NCBI GenBank assembly: GCA_937983075.1
Contig: CALKAQ010000008.1
Span: forward strand, 554 to 64,553
Reading direction: 5' to 3'
From: an uncultured bacterium
GTDB lineage: Bacteria > Bacillota > Limnochordia > DTU080 > JAAYLA01
DNA: 64,000 nt
Below, in pieces: positions 32,274 through 44,031 of this stretch. Numbering within the stretch: position 1 is the first letter of the stretch; each line of letters opens with the position of its first letter. The position numbers were made by a program, and so were the translations under genes. Below the pieces are notes generated by a model, which saw only the letters and a program-made list of their open reading frames with translations, ran no database searches and was not told the origin of the DNA.

Positions 32274-33413
32274 ATGAACAGAACAAGGACGGGATACTCG
32301 AACATGCATCATCGCAACATGTACCGTACAACCACAATCGGCACCGCTGCACTCATCGCTGTTGCCCTGGCGCTGATTGCCGTCATGGCTCCACACGGCT
32401 CGACCAACGCGTTCTCGCCCACGCTGACGGTTTACTTTTTCGATGTGGATCAAGGAGATGCCATCCTCTTCCAAGCAGATGATTTCACCATGCTCATCGA
32501 CGCCGGGCGCCACGATCGCAACGACGTCGTGCCGTATTTGCGCTCCGTCGGTGTCGAAAAGATCGATTTGTTCGTCGGCACTCACCCTCACTCCGACCAC
32601 ATCGGCCAGTGTGAGCAAGTGATGAAATCGTTCCCGGTGCGAGAAGTTTGGCTGTCGGGCGATGTACACACCACACGGACGTTTGAGCGTTGCATCGATG
32701 CCATTTTAGCTTCCGATGCGGGCTATCACGAGCCGCGTGCAGGGGAAACGTTTGAATTGGGTTCAGCACGCATTGAAATTTTGCACCCCAGCGAAGTGAC
32801 GGGTGACTTCAACAACGGCTCGATCAGCATGCGGGTGATCTACGGCGACGTCGTCTTCATGCTCACCGGCGACGCCGAAGCCGAAGCGGAGATGGCCATG
32901 CTCAACCGCAATCTGCCTCTGGACGCGCACATCTTGAAACTCGGCCATCACGGTTCCCGTACGTCTTCTACGACAGCTTTTCTTGCCGCCGTGGATCCCG
33001 AGGTAGCGATCTATTCGGCCGGAGTTGACAATTCATACGGGCATCCGCATTCGGAAGTCGTGCAACGCGTGGCTGCGTTGGGCATCGCCTTGTACGGCAC
33101 CGATACGCACGGGACCATACGCATCGTCACCGACGGCAAGGCATACCGCGTTTTGACCGAGCGCGACAACCCGGTCGGCTTCGAGGCTCCCGGCATTCCG
33201 AACTTGTGCGCTCCGGGGCAAATCAACATTAATGCCGCTTCGATCAGCGAGCTGACACAAATCATGCATATCGGCCCCGTCATTGCCGAACGGATTGCAG
33301 CCGACAGGCCGTTCTTGTCATTGGACGATCTCACCCGTGTCAGCGGCCTGGGTGCGAGCCGTGTCCGAGACATTCAAGCTCAGGGACTTGCGTGCATCGG
33401 TCCTCTGCAGTGA
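32274..33413 (+). CDS. Membrane-anchored MBL-fold (ComEC C-terminal-like) protein with C-terminal ComEA helix-hairpin-helix DNA-binding domain
   Basis: HPHSDH, LTGD and KLGHHGS MBL motifs. C-terminal INAASISELTQIMHIGPVIAERI HhH motif. N-terminal TM segment. Confidence 0.75.
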   Translation: MNRTRTGYSNMHHRNMYRTTTIGTAALIAVALALIAVMAPHGSTNAFSPTLTVYFFDVDQGDAILFQADDFTMLIDAGRHDRNDVVPYLRSVGVEKIDLFVGTHPHSDHIGQCEQVMKSFPVREVWLSGDVHTTRTFERCIDAILASDAGYHEPRAGETFELGSARIEILHPSEVTGDFNNGSISMRVIYGDVVFMLTGDAEAEAEMAMLNRNLPLDAHILKLGHHGSRTSSTTAFLAAVDPEVAIYSAGVDNSYGHPHSEVVQRVAALGIALYGTDTHGTIRIVTDGKAYRVLTERDNPVGFEAPGIPNLCAPGQININAASISELTQIMHIGPVIAERIAADRPFLSLDDLTRVSGLGASRVRDIQAQGLACIGPLQ

Positions 33414-33570
33414 TGAAGCAGCATGCCGGCAAGCGGAGGGGCGGCCCCGTTGTCGAGGCCGCCCCTCTGATCGTCGAACCGTCGACACCATGCGTGGTTC
33501 CTCAAACGAAAAGAAAGCGCCCGCCTCGGCTCGCGTCAGCCATGGCGGGCGCCTGCGATGTTCAATGACT

Positions 33571-34893
33571 CTATAGGAATATATAACGCAAGATGAACAG
33601 CACGGCTAAAATCCACATGATCGGGTGAACCGTGCGGCCCTTTCCCGCAATGAGTTTGACCAGCGGATAAGCGATAAACGCGAGAGAAATCCCTTCTGCA
33701 ATGCTGTATGCCAGCGGCATCATAATCATCGCCGTGAAGGCCGGGAGCGCTTCGGAGAACTCTTCCCATTGGATACTGGCAACCGGCCGCAGCATCAACA
33801 CACCAACTGCAAAAAGAGCCGGTGCGGTAATCGCCAGGTTGTCGGCAAAGGTGACGATCAGCGGGCTGAAAAACGGCGCCACCAAAAAGGCTCCTGCAAC
33901 GACAAGGCTCGTCAAGCCGGTACGCCCACCCACTGCGACGCCGCTTGCAGATTCCACGTAAGCCGTCACCGTAGGCGTACCCACAAAGGCGCCAGCCATA
34001 GTACCGACCGCATCGGAAAGCAGTGCGCGTTCGGCCCGCGGCAAGCGTCCTTCTTGATCCAAGAAGTTTCCTTGCTTGGCAACGCCAATGAGCGTGCCCA
34101 TGGTGTCGAAAAAGTCGACGAAAAGAAACGCAAAGACAATCGTAAAGAGCCCGAGATCAAAAGCACCTTTGATATCCAGCTGGCCTAAGATTTCGCCCCA
34201 AGCGCCGAAGTTGGGCCAACTCACGATCGCTGCAGGCATTTCCATGATCCCAAAACCGATTCCCACAAAAGCGGTCAAAATAATCCCGATCAAAATGGCG
34301 CCCTTGACACCGAGTGCCATCAATCCACCGGTAATGAGAATCCCAATCAGCGCCACAAGCGTCTCCGGGTTTGAAAAATCGCCAAGTGACACGATGGTCG
34401 CATCACTCGGTACAATGATCTTCGCGTTCTGCAAACCGATGAAGGCGATAAACAGGCCGATACCCGCACCGATTGCGCTTTTGAGTGTGTCAGGTACCGC
34501 ATCAATGACCACCGACCGCAAACGGGTCACGGTCAATAAGAGAAAAAGCACGCCTGAAATAAAGACGGCTCCGAGCGCTGTTTGCCACTCAACGCCCATA
34601 CCCAAAACGACGGTATACGTGAAATAGGCATTTAAGCCCATCCCCGGCGCCAGAGCAAACGGGTAGTTTGCGAGGAAACTCATCAGCAGCGTTGCAAACG
34701 CGGCCGACACCGCCGTCGCGAGGACAACGCCTTCAAGCGGCATACCGGTGAGTCCAACGATGGCCGGGTTTACGACGATGATATAAGCCATCGTCATGAA
34801 TGTTGTAATACCGGCGACAACCTCAGTTCTTACTGACGTTCCGTTCTCCCTTAAACGGAACCAGCGTTCAAGTACCCCATCTTGACGTGCCAA
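33571..34893 (-). CDS. NCS2-family purine permease (AzgA/PbuG-like guanine/hypoxanthine permease)
   Basis: 440 aa, ~13 TM. N-terminal VRTEVVAGITTFMTMAYIIVVNP signature. TTG start with GGAGGAG RBS. Confidence 0.8.
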   Translation of the reverse strand: MARQDGVLERWFRLRENGTSVRTEVVAGITTFMTMAYIIVVNPAIVGLTGMPLEGVVLATAVSAAFATLLMSFLANYPFALAPGMGLNAYFTYTVVLGMGVEWQTALGAVFISGVLFLLLTVTRLRSVVIDAVPDTLKSAIGAGIGLFIAFIGLQNAKIIVPSDATIVSLGDFSNPETLVALIGILITGGLMALGVKGAILIGIILTAFVGIGFGIMEMPAAIVSWPNFGAWGEILGQLDIKGAFDLGLFTIVFAFLFVDFFDTMGTLIGVAKQGNFLDQEGRLPRAERALLSDAVGTMAGAFVGTPTVTAYVESASGVAVGGRTGLTSLVVAGAFLVAPFFSPLIVTFADNLAITAPALFAVGVLMLRPVASIQWEEFSEALPAFTAMIMMPLAYSIAEGISLAFIAYPLVKLIAGKGRTVHPIMWILAVLFILRYIFL

Positions 34894-35147
34894 TCATTAC
34901 TCCTCCTACTGTCACGCAACATGACATGAAATGTGCTGTTAAGGGATCTCCGTCAGATTCGATGACAGAACTGTCTATCCTTCTTATGTGCCTAGACTTT
35001 AGCGTGGATAATGTTCCTTGGAAATAAGAAAGGTATAAGGGATCAAACGCGCCGACGCTTGGTTTGGCGATTCCACAGTCAACTCGAAGGTCTCGCAATC
35101 CCAGGGATAGTGATGTTGAACAGGCGCAAAACTCCACGAAAATCGGC

Positions 35148-35175
35148 TTGACATCTTCCACATTTGCTCTATATT
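35148..35175 (+). promoter_or_regulatory. groESL SigA promoter (TTGACA-16-TATATT)
   Basis: Direct read of the sequence upstream of the CIRCE element. Confidence 0.6.
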
Positions 35176-35184
35176 AGTATCTGG

Positions 35185-35210
35185 TAGCACTCGACGTCAT
35201 TGAGTGCTAA
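35185..35210 (+). promoter_or_regulatory. CIRCE operator (HrcA site) TAGCACTC-N9-GAGTGCTAA
   Basis: Perfect match to the CIRCE inverted repeat immediately upstream of groES. Confidence 0.9.
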
Positions 35211-35242
35211 CATCACCAACGCCCATCTGAGGAGGGAACTAC

Positions 35243-37188
<1,946 letters not shown>

Positions 37189-37268
37189 ACTCGGCGACTC
37201 ATGTAGAGGAGACATGAAGTCTCCTCTCGCTTTTTATACTCAGCCATTTGAAAGGAGTTCGTTGTCCT

Positions 37269-37502
37269 ATGGCTTTCGTCATTACTGAGCCCTGCATTGG
37301 CACCAAAGACGCCGCATGCGTCGAAGTTTGCCCCGTCGACTGCATTCATGAAGGTGAAGATCAATACTACATCGATCCCGATGAATGCATCGACTGCGGA
37401 GCTTGCGAACCGGAATGCCCGGTCGAAGCCATTTTCCCCGAAGATGAAGTTCCCGAAAAGTGGGCTTCCTTCATCGAAAAGAACGCGAACTTTTTCGCCT
37501 GA
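37269..37502 (+). CDS. fdx: Ferredoxin (4Fe-4S)
   Basis: 77 aa. [14 protein letters not shown] and [12 protein letters not shown] cysteine motifs. Confidence 0.85.
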   Translation: MAFVITEPCIGTKDAACVEVCPVDCIHEGEDQYYIDPDECIDCGACEPECPVEAIFPEDEVPEKWASFIEKNANFFA

Positions 37503-37526
37503 GTTCAACCGCACGCCACATATCCG

Positions 37527-37565
37527 AAAGACGCTCGTGACTCCAAGCGAGCGTCTTTCACTTTA
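37527..37565 (+). terminator. Terminator hairpin after ferredoxin gene (AAGACGCTCG…CGAGCGTCTT + T-rich)
   Basis: Direct inspection of the sequence. Confidence 0.55.
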
Positions 37566-37575
37566 TATCCCGAAG

Positions 37576-37614
37576 GCAAAAAAAGACTGTCGCAAGCTTC
37601 GGCTTGCGACAGTC
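37576..37614 (-). terminator. Terminator for the convergent minus-strand gene (GACTGTCGCAAGC-TTCG-GCTTGCGACAGTC followed by T8 on the minus strand)
   Basis: 13-bp perfect stem. The A8 tract on the plus strand is a U-tract on the minus strand. Confidence 0.65.
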
Positions 37615-37800
37615 TATTGGCTTCACGTTGGTGCGGGCGAAAGGATTTGAACCTTCACGACCATAAGGTCACTAGCCCCTCAAGCTAGCGCGTCTGCCGA
37701 TTCCGCCACGCCCGCAGATGATTGAGCGAATATGCGATTCATCCTGTGACATCACTCATTATAACGCCTCCGAAGCGCTCTGTCAAGGCATGTTTCAAAA

Positions 37801-38553
37801 TCACGAAATCGCTGCGGTCACACGATCATCTTCACGAACCACGAGCCGCACTTCGCCCGCAGCTTGGGCAGGCAGCATCAATTGCACTCGGTCGGGAGCA
37901 AAGATGAACGCTTCCCATGCGACCGCTTTCTCAGCGACGACGATAACATGGCTCCACTGCAAAAGCGACTTGCCGGGTTCAATGCCGAAGGAAGCCGCCA
38001 AATCTGAATCCGCTTGACAAAGTTCGAGGATTGGCGGTCTGCATTGCGCTCCTCCTTCCCCAAAGCTCAGAGCACGCCGCAAAGGCTGCCCGCTTTCCAC
38101 TTCATGCGGATTCAGCGTCACATGATAGGGCGTCATGAGCCGATTGAGAAACAAAGGCTCCTCACCGACGAACGTCCAGCGTTCTACGGAAAGAAGCGCT
38201 GTCTCCGAGTCGGTTTGCAGCCGCGACGCAATCAGTTGATCGAGGCGTCGGTGGAACACCATCGTACCGTGCTTCACGTGCTCACCTTGAAGCTGAAGCG
38301 CCAAAGCGGGATGGAATCCGTCGCACACGGTTTTCGTTCCGCCGGAATCCGATGCACGTACGTGTTTGGCGTATGTCTTGCGCAACGCCGCCAGCGAAAT
38401 GCCTGCTTCGGACAAGATGGTACGCACATACTTTGGCGTGGTTGAAACTACAGCGGCAATTTCAGCCACGGTCAAAAACGGATCTTGCTGCGCAACCTGC
38501 AAAACTTGCTGCTTTTTTGTTTCGCTTCGGCCCTGCCGACGAATGCCAGGCAT
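37801..38553 (-). CDS. Putative transcriptional regulator: N-terminal HTH plus ~180-aa C-terminal domain of unknown type
   Basis: QVLQVAQQDPFLTVAEIAAVVSTTPKYVRTILSEAGIS looks like an HTH. The rest matches no family I recognise. Confidence 0.4.
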   Translation of the reverse strand: MPGIRRQGRSETKKQQVLQVAQQDPFLTVAEIAAVVSTTPKYVRTILSEAGISLAALRKTYAKHVRASDSGGTKTVCDGFHPALALQLQGEHVKHGTMVFHRRLDQLIASRLQTDSETALLSVERWTFVGEEPLFLNRLMTPYHVTLNPHEVESGQPLRRALSFGEGGAQCRPPILELCQADSDLAASFGIEPGKSLLQWSHVIVVAEKAVAWEAFIFAPDRVQLMLPAQAAGEVRLVVREDDRVTAAIS

Positions 38554-38603
38554 CGTTGGCCGCCCTCCCGCCCTGTTCCTTCGTACCGCTTCTGGTCCAC
38601 GAC

Positions 38604-39236
38604 TTACCTGTAGTTCAACAAGTCCTGAATCTTAAGGGCATCCCAAGAGAAACCTTCTTCGGCGAACTCCGGATGGATCATGCGATAAACTTCGACGGTC
38701 GAAAGCACTTTTTGCACGTACGCACGTGTTTCCGGAAACGGGATGTTCATCAAGTCGTCAACCTGTCCCGACCAAATTTCCTCTCGCAACCACCGTTGAA
38801 CATTCCCAAGACCACCGTTGTACGCAGCGAGAGCTGCAATCGTGTTGTCGTCAAACAAGTTTTTTAGATAAGCAAAATACCAAGCGCCGATCTGTATGTT
38901 AGTTTCCGGATCCTCGAGACGCGATACGTCGAAGTCGGACATGCCAAGCTGCTCAGCAACCCAAGCTCCCGTGCTCGGCATCACTTGCATCAAGCCTTTG
39001 GCCCCCTTGGGCGACTCCGCATGAGGATTAAACGAGCTTTCCACCCTCATGATGGCCACCAGGAGCAACGGCTCGGTGCCTGTTTCCTCTGCAGCCCGCA
39101 AAATCACCTCTGCAAACGGAATAGGAAATGCCTGCTTGAGCAAAGGCCTGCCGTACACCAAAATGCCAATCGCCAGAGCCAAGGCGAGATACACAAGGAA
39201 CCAACGCCAAGAACGTCGCCGCAACGTCATCACCAT
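38604..39236 (-). CDS. Membrane-anchored lytic transglycosylase (SLT domain)
   Basis: ESSFNPHAESPKGAKGLMQVMPSTG matches the SLT catalytic motif (ES…GLMQ). N-terminal TM helix. Confidence 0.8.
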   Translation of the reverse strand: MVMTLRRRSWRWFLVYLALALAIGILVYGRPLLKQAFPIPFAEVILRAAEETGTEPLLLVAIMRVESSFNPHAESPKGAKGLMQVMPSTGAWVAEQLGMSDFDVSRLEDPETNIQIGAWYFAYLKNLFDDNTIAALAAYNGGLGNVQRWLREEIWSGQVDDLMNIPFPETRAYVQKVLSTVEVYRMIHPEFAEEGFSWDALKIQDLLNYR

Positions 39237-39296
39237 CCAACTTGATCCCTACGTTGGCGGGCTTGATCGGTATTCTCAGCCCGCCGCCGGGGCGAA

Positions 39297-39680
39297 TTAG
39301 GCCGGATGACATTGCTTTGCGACGAGCGTCTGAATGATCAGATCGGCAGTCGCGTAGTTGGTTGCCAGCGGCACGTTGTGAACGTCGCACACACGCAATA
39401 GCGCCGTGATGTCCGGTTCATGGGGCTGAGCCGTCAACGGATCGCGAAAGAATAAAACCGCGTCAATCGTTCCGTTGGCCACTTGAGCTCCAATTTGCTG
39501 ATCGCCGCCGTACGGACCCGACAGCATGCGTTCAACTTGCAGACCGGTTTCCTCTTGGATCAGTTTGCCCGTCGTGCCGGTAGCCACTAGGGTGCATTGT
39601 GAAAGTCTTTCATAGTGCCGTTTGCAAAACTCAATGATCGTCGGCTTTTTTTGATCATGAGCAATGAGTGCAATCCGCAT
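39297..39680 (-). CDS. mgsA: Methylglyoxal synthase
   Basis: [12 protein letters not shown]…ATGTTG…GGDQQ…PHEPD aligns with MgsA throughout. Start taken at MRIALIAHD, which overlaps the coaE 3' end by 26 nt. Confidence 0.85.
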   Translation of the reverse strand: MRIALIAHDQKKPTIIEFCKRHYERLSQCTLVATGTTGKLIQEETGLQVERMLSGPYGGDQQIGAQVANGTIDAVLFFRDPLTAQPHEPDITALLRVCDVHNVPLATNYATADLIIQTLVAKQCHPA

Positions 39681-40287
39681 CCCGATTCCATTCCTCCCAA
39701 AGTCTTCGTACCTGCTTTTCCGTTTCACTCAACGAGCCCGAGTTGTCTATTACATAATCGGCACGACGCAGCTTTTCTTCGAGTGACATCTGGCTGGCGA
39801 TCCTCCGTTCAGCCTCAGCCGCATCCACATTGTTGCGCGCCATAAGGCGGGCCTTCTGAACACTCGGTTCCGCATACACGACCAGAGTTTCATCCGCCAA
39901 GCGCAATGTATATCCCGATTCAAAAAGCAAAGGGACATCCAAAATGACGACCGGACCTCGGGCGGATGCCAATGCTTTTTGCGTTGCTTCCTGCATTTGG
40001 ACGAAGACTCTGGGGTGCATGATTTCGTCTACTTTTTGACGTATTTCCGGGTCGGCAAAAATGATTTCTCCAAGTCGGGCTCGGTCCAGGCTGCCATCGG
40101 GCTTCAGGATCTGCGGGCCCAGAAGGTCGACAAGCTCCTGAAGCGCTTCACTTCCCTTTGCTACTACCCGCCGTGCGATGAGGTCGGCATCGACCACGGG
40201 AGCGCCAAGCTCACGAAAAAGCCGGGATACCGTGCTCTTTCCCGTTGCAATGCCGCCAGTCAATCCGATGACGCGCTTTCGGCCCAT
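39655..40287 (-). CDS. coaE: Dephospho-CoA kinase
   Basis: 210 aa. P-loop [12 protein letters not shown]. Confidence 0.9.
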   Translation of the reverse strand: MGRKRVIGLTGGIATGKSTVSRLFRELGAPVVDADLIARRVVAKGSEALQELVDLLGPQILKPDGSLDRARLGEIIFADPEIRQKVDEIMHPRVFVQMQEATQKALASARGPVVILDVPLLFESGYTLRLADETLVVYAEPSVQKARLMARNNVDAAEAERRIASQMSLEEKLRRADYVIDNSGSLSETEKQVRRLWEEWNRDADCTHCS

Positions 40288-40316
40288 GGTTTGATCACCT
40301 CGGCATCATCCGCCGA

Positions 40317-41132
40317 TCAGCGCTGACACTGAGGGCAAAAAGTCGTTCCGCGCCCACCGACAGCGATTTTCTGTAGTTTTGTGCCACAGCGCTTGCAAGG
40401 CTCGCCTTGGCGGCCGTACACAGCAAGACGTGCGGCGTAATCACCTTCTTTACCTTCCCCTTGAACAAAATTACGGATGGTGGTTCCACCGTGTTCCAGA
40501 GCTGCACGCAAACACGTTTCGATCGCTTGATGCAATCTTGCGATTTCTGCTTCACTGAGCGTATGCAGTCGCCGTTCTGGATGGATGCCCGCTGCAAACA
40601 GGGCTTCGTCGGCATAAATGTTGCCGAGTCCGGCAATCCGGCGCTGATCGAGCAAAGCGGATTTGATCCGTGCTCGACCGGTCAAAGTGCTTTTCAGTGC
40701 CGACACGGTAAACTCCTTTTTTAACGGTTCAATCCCCAACCGAAACAAGCTCAGCAGACTCGAGCGATCCGGCGCAAATGCTGCTCGTGCGAACTTGCGG
40801 ATGTCAATGAACTGAATCACCAACCCGGTGTGGGTGACGATCGCCATGCGCAAATGAGGCGACATCGGCTTGCGCTCGTGCGTCACAATGAGCTGACCCG
40901 TCATTCGCAAATGGGCCATCCAGTAAGCGCCCGATTCAAAACGAAACGCCAAGTATTTGCCGTAGCGTTCGATATCCGCAAACGTCTGCCCGATCATGCG
41001 GCGTCGAAACGCCTCGGGATCGAGCCCCATAACCATCCCTGGATGTTGGATTTCCACGTCGACGATCTTGAGGCCAAGGACGTGAGCCGCCAACGACCGC
41101 CGCACCGTTTCGACTTCAGGAAGCTCCGGCAT
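40317..41132 (-). CDS. mutM: Formamidopyrimidine-DNA glycosylase
   Basis: MPELPEVETVRR N-terminus (catalytic Pro2) and C-terminal zinc finger CKRCGTKLQKIAVGGRGTTFCPQCQ. Confidence 0.9.
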   Translation of the reverse strand: MPELPEVETVRRSLAAHVLGLKIVDVEIQHPGMVMGLDPEAFRRRMIGQTFADIERYGKYLAFRFESGAYWMAHLRMTGQLIVTHERKPMSPHLRMAIVTHTGLVIQFIDIRKFARAAFAPDRSSLLSLFRLGIEPLKKEFTVSALKSTLTGRARIKSALLDQRRIAGLGNIYADEALFAAGIHPERRLHTLSEAEIARLHQAIETCLRAALEHGGTTIRNFVQGEGKEGDYAARLAVYGRQGEPCKRCGTKLQKIAVGGRGTTFCPQCQR

Positions 41133-43878
41133 CGACGACAAGCTCCTCCATGTCGAGCCAATTCGGGCCGACTTTGACGTCGACGACGAGCGGCACGGCG
41201 AGCTTCATCACGTTTTCCATTTCCTCCTTGACAGCTTTGCCGACATGCTCGACATCGTCCTTGTGCACCTCAAACACCAATTCGTCGTGCACTTGCAGCA
41301 GCATCACCGCTCGCAGGTCGTCTTGTTTCAACCGCTGATGCACGCGCACCATGGCCCGCTTGATGATATCCGCCGCACTGCCTTGAATCGGCGTATTCAT
41401 GGCAGCCCGCTCGGCAAAGCTGCGACGAGCCCAATTGCGGCTGGTCAGCTCGGGAATCCAGCGGCGGCGCCCGGAAATCGTCTCCGCCCAGCCGTTTTCC
41501 TTGGCGGCGTCCACGCGCTCCTTCATGTACCGCGCGACGGCGGGATAACGTTCAAAGTACGCATCGATATAAGACTGGGCCTCTTGCCGCGTGAAACCGG
41601 TGTCACGAGCCAGTCCGAAGCTGCTGATGCCGTACACGATGCCAAAGTTTACCGCCTTGGCCGCTTCACGCATCTCACGCGTCACCGCTGATTCCGGAAC
41701 GCCGAAAATTTCCGCCGCGGTTGCCACGTGAATGTCCTTGCCTTCGCGAAAGGCGGCGATAAAGGCTTCGTCCCCCGACATGTGGGCCAGGACGCGCAGC
41801 TCAATTTGGGAGTAGTCCGCCGTCAACAGCAAATACTCGGAACTCCCGGGCACAAATGCCTGACGAATTTTGCGTCCCGCCTCGGTACGTATCGGGATGT
41901 TTTGCAAATTCGGGTGCACGCTCGAAAGGCGACCGGTTGCCGTGACGGCTTGATTAAACGTGGTATGCAGCCTTCCCGTACGTTTGTTGACGAGCAGCGG
42001 CAGCGCATCAACATAGGTGCTTTTCAGCTTTGCAAACTGCCGGTATTCCAGCAGTTTCGCCACGACCTCATGCTTGTCGGCCAGCTCTTCGAGCACTTCA
42101 GCGTTGGTCGACGGCCCGGTTTTGGTTCGCTTGATGACCGGCAGCCCCAGGCGGTTAAACAAAACGTCGGCCAACTGCTTGGGCGAATTAATGTTGAACT
42201 CCGTTCCGGCCGCTTTGTAGATGCTTTCGGTCAGCTGCTCCAGATCAGACGCCATGCTTTCCGACATTCGCTTCAACACATCGGTATCGATTGCAACGCC
42301 GTGCCATTCCATATCCGCCAAAACATCGACCAAAGGCAGCTCGTAATCCCGGTATACCGACTCAACCCGCTCTTCCTCCATGCGCCTTTGAATGCGCGGC
42401 CAAGCCGCCCGGAGCGCAGCGCTCAACTCGCCGACGGCATCTTTCACCTCATCCCAAGGCACGCTCGCACCTTTTTGCATCAGCACAATGTCGTCGAGCT
42501 TGACGTCCGCGTATTTCAGCGCCACGTCAGCCGGGGAATGGGTGCCTTGTCCGGGACTGAGCACATACGAGGCGAGCATGAGGTCATCCGCAACGTGAGG
42601 CACCGGCAGGGCAGCGAGATGCAAAATGAGGCGCAAACTCTTGGCATCATGCGCAATCCAACCGATGCCGTCGAGCGCGGCGATCCGCTCCCAGGCGGTG
42701 CCGATGCTGCTTTCCATTTGGGCACCGCCTTCGAGAATCGGCACGATGTCCACCACCACATCCGACGCACCGCTTTCGCCGCCGTCGCCTCCCCAGACGA
42801 GGACCATCGCGGCTCGGCCGGAAGACAAAGGCGACTCGCCGTCAAACAGCGGCCAAACGAGTGCCGTCCCTTTCCTACCCTGCCACTCGGCAGCCCAAGC
42901 TTCAGCTTCCTTCTCGCCTATCACCCGCACGGCGATTTGCTGCGCCCCGGAATGTTCAGACGGTTCGGACGACGGGTCAGGCTGGTTGTCCGGCAAGCCG
43001 TAGCGTTTTTTCGCGTCGTCGATCAAGCGCGCCATTTCGAGACGGCGAAACAGCGCAAGCACGTCTTCGTTCACCGGGACCGAAAAGCGGGCTTGTTCCC
43101 AATCGAGCTCGATTGGCGCAGCCGTTTCAATGCGCGCCAACGCTTTGGACAACTGCAAGGTTTCCTTGTTGGCTTCCAACTGTTCCCGATTTTTTCCTTT
43201 AACCTCGTCCAGACGTTCAAGCAGCGTTTCCACCGTCGAAAATTCCGCCAACAGGCGCGCCGCCGTTTTGGGACCGATGCCGGGTACGCCGGGAATGTTG
43301 TCCGACGGGTCACCGACCAAAGCCTTCCAATCTACAATCTGCTCGGGCTCGACGCCTATTTTTTCTTTCACCATGGCCCGGTCGTAGCGGTCGATCAACG
43401 TAATGCCGCGCCGGGTCAACAGCACTTCGACGGAATCGCCGACCAATTGGAGAGTGTCTTTGTCACCGGTCAAAATGACGGCCTTCTTGCCCGCATGCTT
43501 CGCTTGCGTGGCGAGCGTTCCCAACACGTCGTCGGCTTCATAGCCCTCAAGTTCGTAAACCGGCAGCCCCATCGCTTCCACAAGCTCACGGAGAATGGGT
43601 ATTTGCGCTCGCAGGTCATCCGGCATTTCCGGGCGGTTTGCTTTATACTCCGCATAAGCCTGATGACGGAAGGTCGGACCGGGAGCATCAAAAGCGACCG
43701 CTGCGTAATCCGGCGCCTCTTCGTCAAGAAAGCGCAACAGCATGGAAGCAACACCGAATACCGCACCCGTCGGCTGCCCGCTTGACGTGGTGAAGCCCGG
43801 CAGCGCGTGGAAAGCCCGGTAAAACAAGCTGAATGCGTCAATCAGAAGGAGTTTTTCCGCCTTTGTGTTTGAAGACAC
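41116..43878 (-). CDS. polA: DNA polymerase I
   Basis: 920 aa. 5'-3' exonuclease N-terminus and C-terminal family-A polymerase motifs (…RRRAKAVNFGIVYG…, QVHDELVFE). Confidence 0.95.
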   Translation of the reverse strand: MSSNTKAEKLLLIDAFSLFYRAFHALPGFTTSSGQPTGAVFGVASMLLRFLDEEAPDYAAVAFDAPGPTFRHQAYAEYKANRPEMPDDLRAQIPILRELVEAMGLPVYELEGYEADDVLGTLATQAKHAGKKAVILTGDKDTLQLVGDSVEVLLTRRGITLIDRYDRAMVKEKIGVEPEQIVDWKALVGDPSDNIPGVPGIGPKTAARLLAEFSTVETLLERLDEVKGKNREQLEANKETLQLSKALARIETAAPIELDWEQARFSVPVNEDVLALFRRLEMARLIDDAKKRYGLPDNQPDPSSEPSEHSGAQQIAVRVIGEKEAEAWAAEWQGRKGTALVWPLFDGESPLSSGRAAMVLVWGGDGGESGASDVVVDIVPILEGGAQMESSIGTAWERIAALDGIGWIAHDAKSLRLILHLAALPVPHVADDLMLASYVLSPGQGTHSPADVALKYADVKLDDIVLMQKGASVPWDEVKDAVGELSAALRAAWPRIQRRMEEERVESVYRDYELPLVDVLADMEWHGVAIDTDVLKRMSESMASDLEQLTESIYKAAGTEFNINSPKQLADVLFNRLGLPVIKRTKTGPSTNAEVLEELADKHEVVAKLLEYRQFAKLKSTYVDALPLLVNKRTGRLHTTFNQAVTATGRLSSVHPNLQNIPIRTEAGRKIRQAFVPGSSEYLLLTADYSQIELRVLAHMSGDEAFIAAFREGKDIHVATAAEIFGVPESAVTREMREAAKAVNFGIVYGISSFGLARDTGFTRQEAQSYIDAYFERYPAVARYMKERVDAAKENGWAETISGRRRWIPELTSRNWARRSFAERAAMNTPIQGSAADIIKRAMVRVHQRLKQDDLRAVMLLQVHDELVFEVHKDDVEHVGKAVKEEMENVMKLAVPLVVDVKVGPNWLDMEELVVDAGAS

Positions 43879-44031
43879 TCACTACCCTCTCCTTAAGTTG
43901 CTGCTGCAGGGATGGTCGGCCAAGTTTGACGGACATTACCGAAAGGATGTTCCCCCTCGCCGCAGAATCGAAGCAACGAGGATGGTTATCTTGGGCAATG
44001 TCTTACGGCGCTTGAACAGAGAAAGGAGCAT

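Noticed and set aside
34894-35140. Possible guanine/purine riboswitch upstream of the NCS2 purine permease
   Set aside because: Reverse-complemented leader lacks the conserved purine-riboswitch elements (UAUA…GGAUAUGG…GUUUCUACC…CCGUAAAU). Only a short GACAG-AA-CTGTC inverted repeat is present.
41728-43785. 685-aa plus-strand ORF
   Set aside because: Antisense shadow of polA. Arg/Gly/Pro-rich low-complexity translation typical of GC-rich antisense frames.
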